Part shown: positions 1 through 9,700 of the stretch, piece after piece
How positions within the stretch are numbered: the first letter of the stretch is position 1
How the letters are laid out: each line of letters opens with the position of its first letter
NCBI GenBank assembly: GCA_019358915.1
Contig: JAHHIM010000055.1
Location: 256,001-320,000, forward strand
Source of the DNA: Trichormus sp. ATA11-4-KO1
GTDB lineage: Bacteria; Cyanobacteriota; Cyanobacteriia; Cyanobacteriales; Nostocaceae
Length of the DNA: 64,000 nt
Direction: 5' to 3'
The notes under the pieces: generated by a model
Seen by the model: the letters and a program-made list of their open reading frames with translations, nothing else
Databases searched by the model: none
Told to the model about the DNA's origin: nothing
Program-made: the position numbers and the translations under genes

Positions 1-211
1 AAACTATTGACAGTTGTCATATATCATAGACTTTTACGTCAGCTTGAGGTTCCTATGGTCATTGGCCAAGCGATGTGGGATTTGTCAACCATCACCGCAT
101 CCCTCCCGACCCAAAATAGAAATGAGCAATTCTAAAACTCCTCAGCCGAGATACAATTCGATCTGGCAAAAGCTGTTAAAGTCCATAAACCATTGATTCT
201 GAAACCACCAT

Positions 212-1498
212 ATGAGCATTCACGAAGTATTTATGCCGGCGCTTAGTTCCACCATGACCGAAGGCAAAATCGTCTCCTGGGTGAAATCGCCAGGCGACAA
301 AGTGGAGAAAGGCGAAACCGTGGTGGTTGTCGAGTCAGATAAGGCAGATATGGATGTGGAATCCTTTTATGAAGGATATCTGGCCCACATCATAGTGGAA
401 GCTGGTGATACGGCACCTGTGGGGTCGGCGATCGCCTACGTAGCAGAAACAGAAGCCGAAATCGCTACCGCCAAGTCTTTGGCTAACTCCGGTGGTGCTG
501 CGGCTACTCCTACCTCTGCTCCCGAACCAGTAGCAACCGCTTCAGTGGAAATGCCTGCCTTGGCTACTCAAAATGGTTCTAACCACCGCGAAGGCAGACT
601 TGTCGTTTCACCTCGCGCCCGTAAGTTAGCGAAAGAACTCAAAGTTGATTTAACTACTCTTAAAGGTAGTGGCCCCTATGGTCGCATCGTGGCTGAAGAT
701 GTAGAAGCTGTGGTCAGTAAAGGCAAGCAACCCGCAGCTACACCAACACCAGCACCTACTACCACCGCAGTTACACCCCTACCACCTGCGACAATAACAC
801 CAGCACCAGCCATCACAGCTGTTCCTGGTAAAACAGTGCCTTTAACTACCTTCCAAAATGCCGTCGTGCGGAATATGGTAGCTAGTCTATCTGTACCAGT
901 CTTCCGCGTAGGTTACACAATTACCACCGATGGATTAGATCAACTTTACAAACAAATTAAATCCAAAGGAGTGACGATGACAGCGCTACTGGCGAAAGCC
1001 GTAGCGGTGACGTTACAAAAACATCAATTATTAAATGCCAGTTATTCAGAGTCAGGAATCGTCTATCATTCTGGCATCAACGTTGCTGTAGCCGTAGCTA
1101 TGGATGACGGAGGATTAATTACACCAGTGTTGCAGAATGCAGACATGGTAGATATTTATTCTCTATCCCGCACTTGGAAATCTTTAGTAGAACGCGCGCG
1201 CGCCAAACAACTGCAACCCGAAGAATACAACAGTGGTACTTTTACCTTGTCGAACTTGGGAATGTTTGGTGTAGACAAATTTGATGCCATTTTGCCACCT
1301 GGGCAAGGTTCAATTTTAGCGATTGGTGCATCCCGCCCCCAAGTTGTAGCCACCAGCGACGGTTTATTTGGCGTGCGGCAGCAAATGCAGGTAAATATTA
1401 CTTGTGATCACCGGATTATTTATGGTGCCCATGCTGCGGCATTCTTACAAGATTTAGCAAAATTGATTGAGACTAATCCTCAATCTTTAACAATGTAG
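212..1498 (+). CDS. pdhC: Pyruvate dehydrogenase E2, dihydrolipoamide acetyltransferase
   Basis: Lipoyl domain (VESDKADMDVE), E3-binding SPRARKLA, Pro/Thr/Ala linker, catalytic DHRIIYG. Confidence 0.97.
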   Translation: MSIHEVFMPALSSTMTEGKIVSWVKSPGDKVEKGETVVVVESDKADMDVESFYEGYLAHIIVEAGDTAPVGSAIAYVAETEAEIATAKSLANSGGAAATPTSAPEPVATASVEMPALATQNGSNHREGRLVVSPRARKLAKELKVDLTTLKGSGPYGRIVAEDVEAVVSKGKQPAATPTPAPTTTAVTPLPPATITPAPAITAVPGKTVPLTTFQNAVVRNMVASLSVPVFRVGYTITTDGLDQLYKQIKSKGVTMTALLAKAVAVTLQKHQLLNASYSESGIVYHSGINVAVAVAMDDGGLITPVLQNADMVDIYSLSRTWKSLVERARAKQLQPEEYNSGTFTLSNLGMFGVDKFDAILPPGQGSILAIGASRPQVVATSDGLFGVRQQMQVNITCDHRIIYGAHAAAFLQDLAKLIETNPQSLTM

Positions 1499-1533
1499 TG
1501 GGAAATGGGGCATGGGGCATTGTTTTCGCGTCC

Positions 1534-1998
1534 CTACTCCCCACTCCCTACTCCCTCGGCTCGTTCCCGTGCCAAACTATCAATAGCATCACCCAAGGCG
1601 GTAGTTAAATTTTGTCGAGTTTGGGCATGATTGTCTTGCTCAGTTTTTAATGCTTGCAACAGGCGATCGCGTTCTTTCATAATTGCAATTAACTTGGCTT
1701 GCAAGTCTTCTATCGATTGGATTTGTTGAATTTCTTCCTGGGCATCTGTTTTGGCTTTGCCGTCAACGAGTATACCTGATTCCAGTCCCTTGAGTTGATG
1801 AATCTCGGCTTTGAGGGATGCGATCGCTTGCTGGGCTAAATGAGCATCTGTACGGCGTTGTTCTGCTTCTGTATTATAGAGTTTACGCCATTTTTCGGCA
1901 CTTTCCCAAGCAGCATCGCGATCGCGCTGCTGTTCTATCAGCTGTTGTTTGAGTGTCTGAATCTCTGCCAACCACTGTTGTGTTAAGTCTTGACTCAT
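1534..1998 (-). CDS. Hypothetical coiled-coil protein
   Basis: 154-aa Q/E/A-rich helical ORF filling the gap between two genes. Confidence 0.75.
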   Translation of the reverse strand: MSQDLTQQWLAEIQTLKQQLIEQQRDRDAAWESAEKWRKLYNTEAEQRRTDAHLAQQAIASLKAEIHQLKGLESGILVDGKAKTDAQEEIQQIQSIEDLQAKLIAIMKERDRLLQALKTEQDNHAQTRQNLTTALGDAIDSLARERAEGVGSGE

Positions 1999-2104
1999 AA
2001 AAAGTTCTTTTGTATCAATTTGACTTACCTGCTCTCAAATTTTATTGTGTATGACATTCGGCAACTTAGTATTTAATCAATTGAGTCGTATTAGCACTTA
2101 ATCT

Positions 2105-3865
2105 ATGTTTAGACACTGGTTTGCTAAAAACTTGGGAGTTGGTCAAGCGCGTAAAGAGCAAGTATATCTGGAAATATGCAGCTCACTCAGCCTTGACGAT
2201 GTTAGCTATTGGATTCAAGTTTTGTTTGCGGCTGGTATTGCTACCCTCGGACTAGTCTTAAATAGTCCAGCTGTGATTATTGGTGCGATGCTCATTTCTC
2301 CCTTGATGGGAGGAATTCTTGCCAACGGATTGGCGCTGGCTGCGGGTGATGTGATCTTAGCGATGCGGGCACTTCTTAATCTTTTTTTAAGTTGCTTTGT
2401 GGCCATTTCTTTTGCTGTGATACTTGTGTCTTTGCTGCCATTTAAGGAAATGACTAGTGAAATTTTAGCCCGGACTCGACCCAATATCCTGGATTTGGTA
2501 GTGGCTCTATTTTCTGGTGCTGTGGGTTCAGTGGCAATTTGTAAAGAACCCAAAGGTGTGGCAACTTCAATTCCTGGTGTAGCGATCGCAGTAGCTTTAA
2601 TGCCGCCATTATGCGTTGTCGGCTACGGTATTGGGGTAGCTATCAGCTTAAATTCTGTGAAAGGGCTACAGGTAGCTAGTGGTGGTGGCTTACTCTTTTT
2701 TACCAACTTGGTGGCGATTACATTCACTGCCATGTTGGTTTTTCTTAGTCTGCATATTGATAATTATCAGGTGAAAGAAAAAGTTAAAGAATGGCGAGCA
2801 ACACATCAAGAAAGTATCTGGATGCAGAAAGTATTAGAGAAACTACCTGCTTACGGCAAACTCAGAAGAATTGGCTCGCTTCCTGGTCGGTTATTATTAA
2901 TTTTTATTACCATTGGGGCAATTATTTTCCCACTCAATCGCTCTTTGAGCCAACTCGGACGAGAAATTTCCCTACAGCAACAAGAAAATCGTATCCGTAG
3001 TTCAGCTACAGATGTGTGGCAGAAAAATTTTGCTACCTTTGCTGATGGTGAACCACGTTCTTACATCAGTAATATCTCGACTTTAGAACAAAATAAGAAG
3101 TTGACAGTTCAACTCCAGGTTTTTACCAGTAGGCAATACACCCCAGAAGAACAGAATAGTTACATTCAACAATTAGCCTCTCGTCTGAGAAGACCGCCTG
3201 AATTATTAGCACTGAAACTGATTGAAATTCCCACCGCGTCCAGTGAACTTTTGCGCCCGGTTCCTGATGAAAAACCTCCTGAACCAGTAATTACAATCGC
3301 GCAGTTGCAATCAAGTTTTCTGCAAGAAGTTCAATCTGTCTTGGGTGATTTGCAACTACCCCAGCCAGCACAGATGATTAATTATGAGTTAATCACTAGT
3401 CCCGTTGCCCCCTTGAGCATCCGTTTGGTTTATTTGAGTGAACGTGACATTGATAGAGATGCCCAAACTTTGCTCGCTGATAACGTTAGGACTAGGCTAG
3501 ATTTTCAGTCTGCTAGAGTCAGTATGCAAAGAATAGCCAGTTCTTTGGGAAATATTACTTTTGATAATGAGGAATCAGTAATTACGCCGGATGGTACGCA
3601 GCTCTTAGATAGTGCTGCTCAGATTTTACGACAACAGCCTAATTTAAGGCTGGAGATGATCGTTAACCAGCAAGAAAACGAGCCAGCAGAGATAATTCAA
3701 GAGCGATCGCAAGCTCTTACAGAATATCTACAATCAAAGTGGCAAATCGGCAGTGACCAAATAGCACTGCAAAGCGGCACAGAGTCTCAACCTAGCGCCA
3801 TACTGCAACTTACAGTCAAGTCCCGTAGCAATCCACCAGTGGCAACTATGCCTGAATCACGGTAA
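2105..3865 (+). CDS. DUF389/TIGR00341-type membrane protein with a degenerate OmpA-like C-terminal domain
   Basis: GL..NSPAVIIGAMLISPLMG and PGVAIAVALMPPL motifs; C-terminal ITFD...LLDSAAQILRQQPNLRLEM. Confidence 0.85.
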   Translation: MFRHWFAKNLGVGQARKEQVYLEICSSLSLDDVSYWIQVLFAAGIATLGLVLNSPAVIIGAMLISPLMGGILANGLALAAGDVILAMRALLNLFLSCFVAISFAVILVSLLPFKEMTSEILARTRPNILDLVVALFSGAVGSVAICKEPKGVATSIPGVAIAVALMPPLCVVGYGIGVAISLNSVKGLQVASGGGLLFFTNLVAITFTAMLVFLSLHIDNYQVKEKVKEWRATHQESIWMQKVLEKLPAYGKLRRIGSLPGRLLLIFITIGAIIFPLNRSLSQLGREISLQQQENRIRSSATDVWQKNFATFADGEPRSYISNISTLEQNKKLTVQLQVFTSRQYTPEEQNSYIQQLASRLRRPPELLALKLIEIPTASSELLRPVPDEKPPEPVITIAQLQSSFLQEVQSVLGDLQLPQPAQMINYELITSPVAPLSIRLVYLSERDIDRDAQTLLADNVRTRLDFQSARVSMQRIASSLGNITFDNEESVITPDGTQLLDSAAQILRQQPNLRLEMIVNQQENEPAEIIQERSQALTEYLQSKWQIGSDQIALQSGTESQPSAILQLTVKSRSNPPVATMPESR

Positions 3866-3900
3866 TTTGATACATAGTTAGCACAAATACCTGGCGAACA

Positions 3901-4012
3901 GAATAGAGCCTCCGGATGCCGCTAGGCTGTACGCGGCTACATAAACACAGCCTGTATAACCTCTGGGAAGCCAAGGGTCTACTGGTGCGGACTTAGTTTG
4001 TGAGCTCTATTC
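3901..4012. repeat. Small dispersed repeat bounded by inverted repeats GAATAGAGC/GCTCTATTC
   Basis: 37 bp at 3905-3941 are identical to the reverse complement of 54496-54532. Confidence 0.8.
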
Positions 4013-4054
4013 AGTCTTAGGGCATTTTGCTGGTTCTTTTAACAAACTGCGACT

Positions 4055-4966
4055 ATGATTATGCCGAAGCCTCGTTTTGTCAGATTCTTTCGCCACTTGA
4101 ATGGGCGCGCACTGAAAAAAACTTTTACAAGGACAACCGAAAGGCGACTTTTAGGACTAGCCTCAGAAATTGCTTTTAATGCTATGCTGTCGCTGTTTCC
4201 GGCGATTATTGCTATTCTCACTGCCATCGGTTTATTTGAAGAATCTTTACAAGAAACCTTTAAACAGCTAGCGGCTCAACTTAGTCAAATTGCACCAGAA
4301 GAAGCTTTAATTCTGATTCGTGATTTTGCTGCGGCAGAAATTACCAAATCCAGAAACAGTGGTTTATTTTCTCTCAGTTTTGCGATCGCTATTTGGACGG
4401 CTTCTGGGGCAATCAGTACGGCAATGACTGCTTTTGATCAAATTCATCAAATTTCTTCAGACAAGAAGCGCCCTTTTTGGAAAGCCAAAGCTGTCTCCCT
4501 AGGATTAACCATCGGTACGATCTTACTATTTGTTTTGGCTTCCTTTTTAGTGTTTATCAGCGACTTACTGTTAGCAATGGCGGTAAATGAAAATGGTTCT
4601 TTAATTTTCTTGTTACATCTTTGGCAACTGTTGCGCTGGCCTTTAGCTTTAGGTATTATTGCCACCGCGTTTAGTTTTGTTTATCGCTATGGACCCAGCG
4701 TGTGGAATTCAGGTACGCCGATGTTGCCAGGAGCAATTTTAGCAGCTGTTTCTTGGGCAATTCTCTCAGCCTTATTTCGGACTTATGTAGCGAATTTCGG
4801 CAACTATAATAAAGTCTACGGAGCGGTGGGGACTGTGATAGTTTTGATGCTGTGGCTGTGGATGAGTGCTGCGGTTCTGCTGGTAGGTGACCAATTAAAC
4901 GTGACTGTTGGTGAAGAAATCCGGTCAAAAGCCGATAAAAACCAGCTTAACGAGCAAATAAGTTAA
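4055..4966 (+). CDS. YihY/BrkB family membrane protein
   Basis: LASEIAFNAMLSLFP, YVANFGNYNKVYGAVG; multiple TM helices. Confidence 0.92.
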   Translation: MIMPKPRFVRFFRHLNGRALKKTFTRTTERRLLGLASEIAFNAMLSLFPAIIAILTAIGLFEESLQETFKQLAAQLSQIAPEEALILIRDFAAAEITKSRNSGLFSLSFAIAIWTASGAISTAMTAFDQIHQISSDKKRPFWKAKAVSLGLTIGTILLFVLASFLVFISDLLLAMAVNENGSLIFLLHLWQLLRWPLALGIIATAFSFVYRYGPSVWNSGTPMLPGAILAAVSWAILSALFRTYVANFGNYNKVYGAVGTVIVLMLWLWMSAAVLLVGDQLNVTVGEEIRSKADKNQLNEQIS

Positions 4967-5031
4967 GTAAATTAATCAATAAATTAGTATAGTGTCTATC
5001 TATAATTTACCTCAAACAAGCGATCGCCTGA

Positions 5032-5421
5032 ATGCCTGATTCTTCACGATTTTCTCGTATTGAGCCTGATGCTCAAGCAATCACATTGAAACGGCTGCGT
5101 CAGATTAGCCGCATCCTGGATAAAATCGTTACTATCCCCGGAACACCAATTCATATTGGTTTAGATCCAATTATCGGATTTATACCTATTGGTGGTGATT
5201 TTTTAGGATTCATGCTTTCTAGCTATATCATCATAGAAGCCGCAAGACTGGGTGTACCTAAAACTATTTTGGGTAGAATGCTTTTGAATGTGATTATCGA
5301 TAGCTTGGTAGGTACAATACCCGCAATAGGAGACTTATTTGATTTTGCTTGGACAGCAAATGAGTATAATATCAAGCTACTAGAAGAAAATTTACACTTT
5401 CCCTGTAGAAAAAAAGTATAG
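5032..5421 (+). CDS. DUF4112 family protein
   Basis: IPGT..IGLDPIIGFIPIGGD...GDLFDFAW.AN. Confidence 0.9.
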   Translation: MPDSSRFSRIEPDAQAITLKRLRQISRILDKIVTIPGTPIHIGLDPIIGFIPIGGDFLGFMLSSYIIIEAARLGVPKTILGRMLLNVIIDSLVGTIPAIGDLFDFAWTANEYNIKLLEENLHFPCRKKV

Positions 5422-5551
5422 GCGCTTTATTTGTCTAGAAATTTTAGTTAACTTGTTTTCAAATACCATTGTCTTAATAGCATTCCCATGATACTAATTA
5501 GAATGCTATAAAAAGCTTTAACTGGCGTTTAAACGAGTTCTTTACAAAAGA

Positions 5552-6487
5552 ATGAAAGATTGGTGGCAGGCTACTTTCCCTCAAGGAAAGCAAAGTCTTA
5601 TTATTACTGATGCAAATGGATATCCTGTACAAATTGCTTACGGCGAAAAAGGTACAGGTAAGCCGTTAGTTTTATTACATGGCATGGGTAGCTGGAGCTA
5701 CAATTGGCGGCACAGCATTACCCCACTATCTAAATATTTTCGAGTAATTTGTTTTGATGCCAAGGGATACGGTTTTTCGGAAAAACCTTGGTTGCGTCGA
5801 GAACAAAACGGGCATCAAATTATTGAATTTGAACGAATTATTCAGGCATTATGTGATGAACCTGCCGTGGTTGTAGCTGAATCTTTAGGCGGATTAGTTG
5901 CTCTGGCACTTGCTCAAAAGAATCCTCAATTAATCGCGCGGTTAGTAGTTGTCAATACCCCTATTTTTACTGAACGCTTACCCCATTGGGCAATGTTGTT
6001 ACTTGCCCAAATACCTTTAGAAATCATCCAAACAATTGATACCTTGCGCTTGGCATATCTGTTAGCACCTTTAGTGAGAGAAGTGATGGCAATAGAAAGG
6101 CGTGGGGTACTGTTCGATCCATCAATATTGACACAAGAAGATGTGTATTGGCTAACTTACCCATTTATTGAGCTTCCTGGGACACTTGTAAAAGTCGCAG
6201 AAGAGTTACAAATAGCAGCGCGGGAAATTGAAAATTGGCAAGTCAATCAACCAAATATGCTCAGTCAAATTCAAAATAATCTAGGTGCTATTAATTGTCC
6301 CACACTGATTTTATGGGGTGATCAAGATAATTGGTTTCCTGTTAGTCATGGAAAAAAGTTACATCAATATATTCCGAATTCCAGGTTACAAATCTTGGCT
6401 AATTGTTGTCATGATGCCTCAACTGGTTCTTCAGAGGTATTAAATAAAAGTATTCTGGAGTTTTTGCAGGATACCAATTTCTTTTAG
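5552..6487 (+). CDS. Alpha/beta fold hydrolase
   Basis: LLHG oxyanion motif, AESLGG nucleophile elbow, WGDQD, C-terminal His. Confidence 0.9.
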   Translation: MKDWWQATFPQGKQSLIITDANGYPVQIAYGEKGTGKPLVLLHGMGSWSYNWRHSITPLSKYFRVICFDAKGYGFSEKPWLRREQNGHQIIEFERIIQALCDEPAVVVAESLGGLVALALAQKNPQLIARLVVVNTPIFTERLPHWAMLLLAQIPLEIIQTIDTLRLAYLLAPLVREVMAIERRGVLFDPSILTQEDVYWLTYPFIELPGTLVKVAEELQIAAREIENWQVNQPNMLSQIQNNLGAINCPTLILWGDQDNWFPVSHGKKLHQYIPNSRLQILANCCHDASTGSSEVLNKSILEFLQDTNFF

Positions 6488-6520
6488 TCTAATAACTAAT
6501 TGTTACATTATTGTTGATTG

Positions 6521-6830
6521 GCTTCTCCCCTGCAAGGAGGAGCCACTGCGTTGCGCGGGTTCCCCTCATTGTAGCAAGTGGCGTTAGAGGCTTTGAAACG
6601 AAGGCAGGAGGCAGAGGGCAGTCCCAATGAAACGAGTTTCACAGCCAAGTATGAAAGAGGGACTAGGGACTGGGGAACTCGGTGCCCCCTCTGGGGATAA
6701 GGGGCAATGGGGACTGGGATTTTTACTCAGCACTCAGCACTTAGCACTCAGCACTTTCAAGTCAGAGGGCATTCGGGAAGAATTTGATGGGGGATTCAAA
6801 CCCCCACCAAATAAGTGCCACTGAATCATC
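6521..6830. repeat. Composite of nested small dispersed repeats and STRR (CTCAGCA)
   Basis: 46-nt hairpin insert at 6540-6585; element 6621-6762 flanked by duplicated CAGAGGGCA with a second copy at 19110-19214. Confidence 0.75.
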
Positions 6831-6858
6831 TCTCTCTAACAATGCTATTGGTCTTAAT

Positions 6859-7989
6859 TTATTCCCACAACCTTCTACCAGCTTTCCCATTTAATCGTTC
6901 GTGAGTATCATCCAATAAAGCGGGAATATTTAAGTTTTCGGGACATCGAGGTAAACATTCACCGCATTCTGTACAACGGTTAGCTTTCATTCCAGGAAAC
7001 CAGTGACCAGCATTTTCAAACATTCCGTAACGATATTTTCCATAGTCGGTCATATCGTAAGCTACAGCCAGATTTCTTAACCGCAATATTTCTGGAATAT
7101 TGATATTTTCCGGACAAGGTAAACAAGCATAACACTGGCTACATTTATCAGTTTTCAAAGTAATTTCCTGATGTTTTTCTAATCTTTCAAAAGCTAAATT
7201 TTCCTCTAGCATTAACTCACAATTACTATCAGCAACTTGTAACGGTTCTATTAATTCATCTGGGATTGCTGCTCCTATACTCAAGGTAGTAATGCGATGA
7301 TCACTCAGTAAAAATCGATAATTTAACTCTAAGGGTGAAAACGGCTGACACAAGTCTTTCAAGGTTTGGGGCGGCGTGTAGAGGCGTCCTCCCTTATCAG
7401 CCGGGGAAATGATAAAAACGCCCACGTCCTTTTCAGCTGCTAGCTGAATCGCTGGTGCGTTCCGTTGCCAGAAATAGTAATAATGCAGATTGACAAATTC
7501 AAAAAAATCTGTGTTGATTGCCGCCAGAATTATATCTAATGACCCGTGGGTGGAAAAACCAACATGCTGCACGCGACCATCGTCAACAGCTTCCCGAACA
7601 GCCTTCATGCAGCCACTGTTGGCTTGTACCCATCTGAGATGCTCCCAAGTATTTAAGCCATGAATGCCTAAGCAATCTAGATAATCCAGATTTAATCGTT
7701 CTAGGGATTCATCGATATACCGACGCATACTATCAGCATCAGCTGTAGGCGGAATTTTGGTGGTGATGTGAACCTGAGAACGGGGTACAGACAATCCACC
7801 TTTGATAGCCGCACCAAGATACTCCTCACTTTTACCGTAACCTCTGGCTGTTTCTAAATGATTAATTCCTAGCGCTAAGGCCTGAGAAATTGTCTGCTGG
7901 GCATTTTCGGCATCAGCTAGATAGCGCATTGTTCCCAACGAAAAAACCGAGAGGCGTAGGTTTGTTTTGCCAAAGCGTCGGTATTGCAT
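6859..7989 (-). CDS. Aldo/keto reductase with C-terminal 4Fe-4S domain
   Basis: YRRFGKT..SLGTMR, ETARGYG, CSQCYACLPCP and CTECGECLPRCP. Confidence 0.93.
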   Translation of the reverse strand: MQYRRFGKTNLRLSVFSLGTMRYLADAENAQQTISQALALGINHLETARGYGKSEEYLGAAIKGGLSVPRSQVHITTKIPPTADADSMRRYIDESLERLNLDYLDCLGIHGLNTWEHLRWVQANSGCMKAVREAVDDGRVQHVGFSTHGSLDIILAAINTDFFEFVNLHYYYFWQRNAPAIQLAAEKDVGVFIISPADKGGRLYTPPQTLKDLCQPFSPLELNYRFLLSDHRITTLSIGAAIPDELIEPLQVADSNCELMLEENLAFERLEKHQEITLKTDKCSQCYACLPCPENINIPEILRLRNLAVAYDMTDYGKYRYGMFENAGHWFPGMKANRCTECGECLPRCPENLNIPALLDDTHERLNGKAGRRLWE

Positions 7990-8108
7990 AAGTTAAGTGC
8001 TGAGTGCTGAGTAATTTATTTTCCCCATCTCCCTACTCCCATACTCTTCGGAACGCTTCACGAACGGCTGACGCTTACGGCGAAGCCTACCCCCCACTCC
8101 CCACTCAT

Positions 8109-8606
8109 CTAGCTGTCGCCATTACCAAAGCGCTTAATCAAATCCTCTGGGCGAAGATTGGAGATAAATTCCCGGAAGGCTTGTTGTTCTGCTTCATCAG
8201 CGTCGCGATCAACGGGGATTGAAGCATCTGCAACGACTTCTTCCATTACCCAGATGGGAGCATTAGTACGGAGAGCAACAGCGATCGCATCGCTGGGACG
8301 TGCGTCAATTTCTTTTTTGATTTCGCCTTGCTGAACAATTAAGGCTGCATAAAAAGTATCCTTCTGTAAGGAATGAATTATCACCTTTTCTAGAATCATC
8401 GAACATGACTCTAAAAGACTCACAATTAAGTCGTGGGTTAAAGGCCTGGGAGGCTTTTGATTCTCCAGCGCACCCATAATTGCCCTAGCCTGTTCCTGCC
8501 CAATATAAATGGGCAAAGCGCGCCGATCTGAGGCATCTTTCAACAGTACAATCGGGCTGCGGGTTATGGCATCTAATGCTATGCCAGCGACTTTCATTTC
8601 AATCAT
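8109..8606 (-). CDS. Bifunctional nuclease family protein (DUF151)
   Basis: LPIYIG..A, RPLTHDL, IDARPSDAIA. Confidence 0.95.
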   Translation of the reverse strand: MIEMKVAGIALDAITRSPIVLLKDASDRRALPIYIGQEQARAIMGALENQKPPRPLTHDLIVSLLESCSMILEKVIIHSLQKDTFYAALIVQQGEIKKEIDARPSDAIAVALRTNAPIWVMEEVVADASIPVDRDADEAEQQAFREFISNLRPEDLIKRFGNGDS

Positions 8607-8646
8607 TGGCTAAGCCTCTACAATCCTTTGAACGATTGGGCGCTGT

Positions 8647-8660
8647 GTAACAAATAATAC
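8647..8660. promoter_or_regulatory. Putative NtcA binding site
   Basis: GTA-ACAAATAA-TAC preceded by T, 40 nt upstream of the DUF151 start. Confidence 0.5.
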
Positions 8661-8945
8661 CCTGTGTCGGGTGAGATTGGGGGCGGAAATAAACATAAGC
8701 ATTGTTCTCTATAATTGCTTCTATTAAACTCCGAACTTGTTGTGAACACCAGAGTAAGTCAAAGTGGTCTACCTAGACAATAACCTTCTTAACCAAGTAT
8801 GCCTTGTGAAGGATGCGAATGTGTTAAGAACCTTATAATAAGAACAGTCAGAAATTATACTTAAATGATTCTGCATTATTGTGAGAATTACAGTAGATTT
8901 CTGACAAAATTAGGCAATAAATAGAGTTAGTTTTAGAAAAAAGCC

Positions 8946-9608
8946 GTGTTTACAGGATTAATTCAAGCCTTAGGAACGATAAAACCCTTAGGGGGTGATT
9001 CTTGGCAAATTACTTGTGTAAGTCAGTCGTCTGTTGTCATTATGCAGGATTTGGCTTACGGTGACAGCGTTGCTGTAGATGGAGTTTGCTTAACAGTAGA
9101 AGAAATTTCCCACAATGGGTTCATTGCCACCGCTTCACCGGAGACTTTAAAGCGTACCACCCTAGGAAATGAGCAAACACAACAAAGATACGTCAACTTA
9201 GAAGCTTCGTTGCGGGTAGGTGGCAAAGTCGGCGGTCATTTTGTCATGGGTCATGTAGACGGTATCGGTCAATTAGTAGTTGCCGAACAAACAGCTAGTT
9301 CTTGGGAAATGACTTTTACTGCACCCGAAGCGATCGCGCGGTATATTGTCCCCAAAGGTAGTATTGCTGTGAATGGTATCAGCCTCACAGTAGCCACATA
9401 CGAACCAGAATTATCTCAATTTACGGTAGCAGTAATTCCCTTAACTTATGCCGAAACAAATCTCTGCCATCTTGTCTCTGGCAGTTGGGTAAATTTAGAA
9501 GGGGACATTCTTGGCAAATACGTAGAAAAGTTTCTTGTTCCCGGCAAACAACACCTGAAAACTGATATGGTTACACCTGCTTTTTTGGCAGAACATGGGT
9601 ATCTGTGA
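8946..9608 (+). CDS. ribC: Riboflavin synthase alpha chain
   Basis: MFTGLI start, GDSVAVDGVCLTV, GGHFVMGHVD, KGSIAVNGISLTV. Confidence 0.97.
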   Translation: MFTGLIQALGTIKPLGGDSWQITCVSQSSVVIMQDLAYGDSVAVDGVCLTVEEISHNGFIATASPETLKRTTLGNEQTQQRYVNLEASLRVGGKVGGHFVMGHVDGIGQLVVAEQTASSWEMTFTAPEAIARYIVPKGSIAVNGISLTVATYEPELSQFTVAVIPLTYAETNLCHLVSGSWVNLEGDILGKYVEKFLVPGKQHLKTDMVTPAFLAEHGYL

Positions 9609-9700
9609 GTGGGGAATGGGGAATGGGGAATGGGGAATGGGGAATATTTTTGCTGTTGTCCCCTTGTCCCCTTGTCCCCTTGTCCCCTTGTCCCCCGTCC
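9609..9700. repeat. STRR tandem repeats (GGGGAAT)n and (TGTCCCCT)n between convergent genes
   Basis: About five copies of each unit, read directly from the sequence. Confidence 0.9.

Noticed and set aside
3911..3916. TCCGGA as a DIF1 promoter
   Set aside because: Part of a dispersed repeat and lacks GTA at the 18-nt spacing
6627..6824. Short ORFs at 6627, 8004, 19313, 34980 and 34992
   Set aside because: They translate STRR or dispersed repeats and resemble no protein family I recognise
9609..9700. Possible CRISPR array
   Set aside because: Units are 7-8 bp with no spacers; no repeat-spacer array or cas gene was seen in the window
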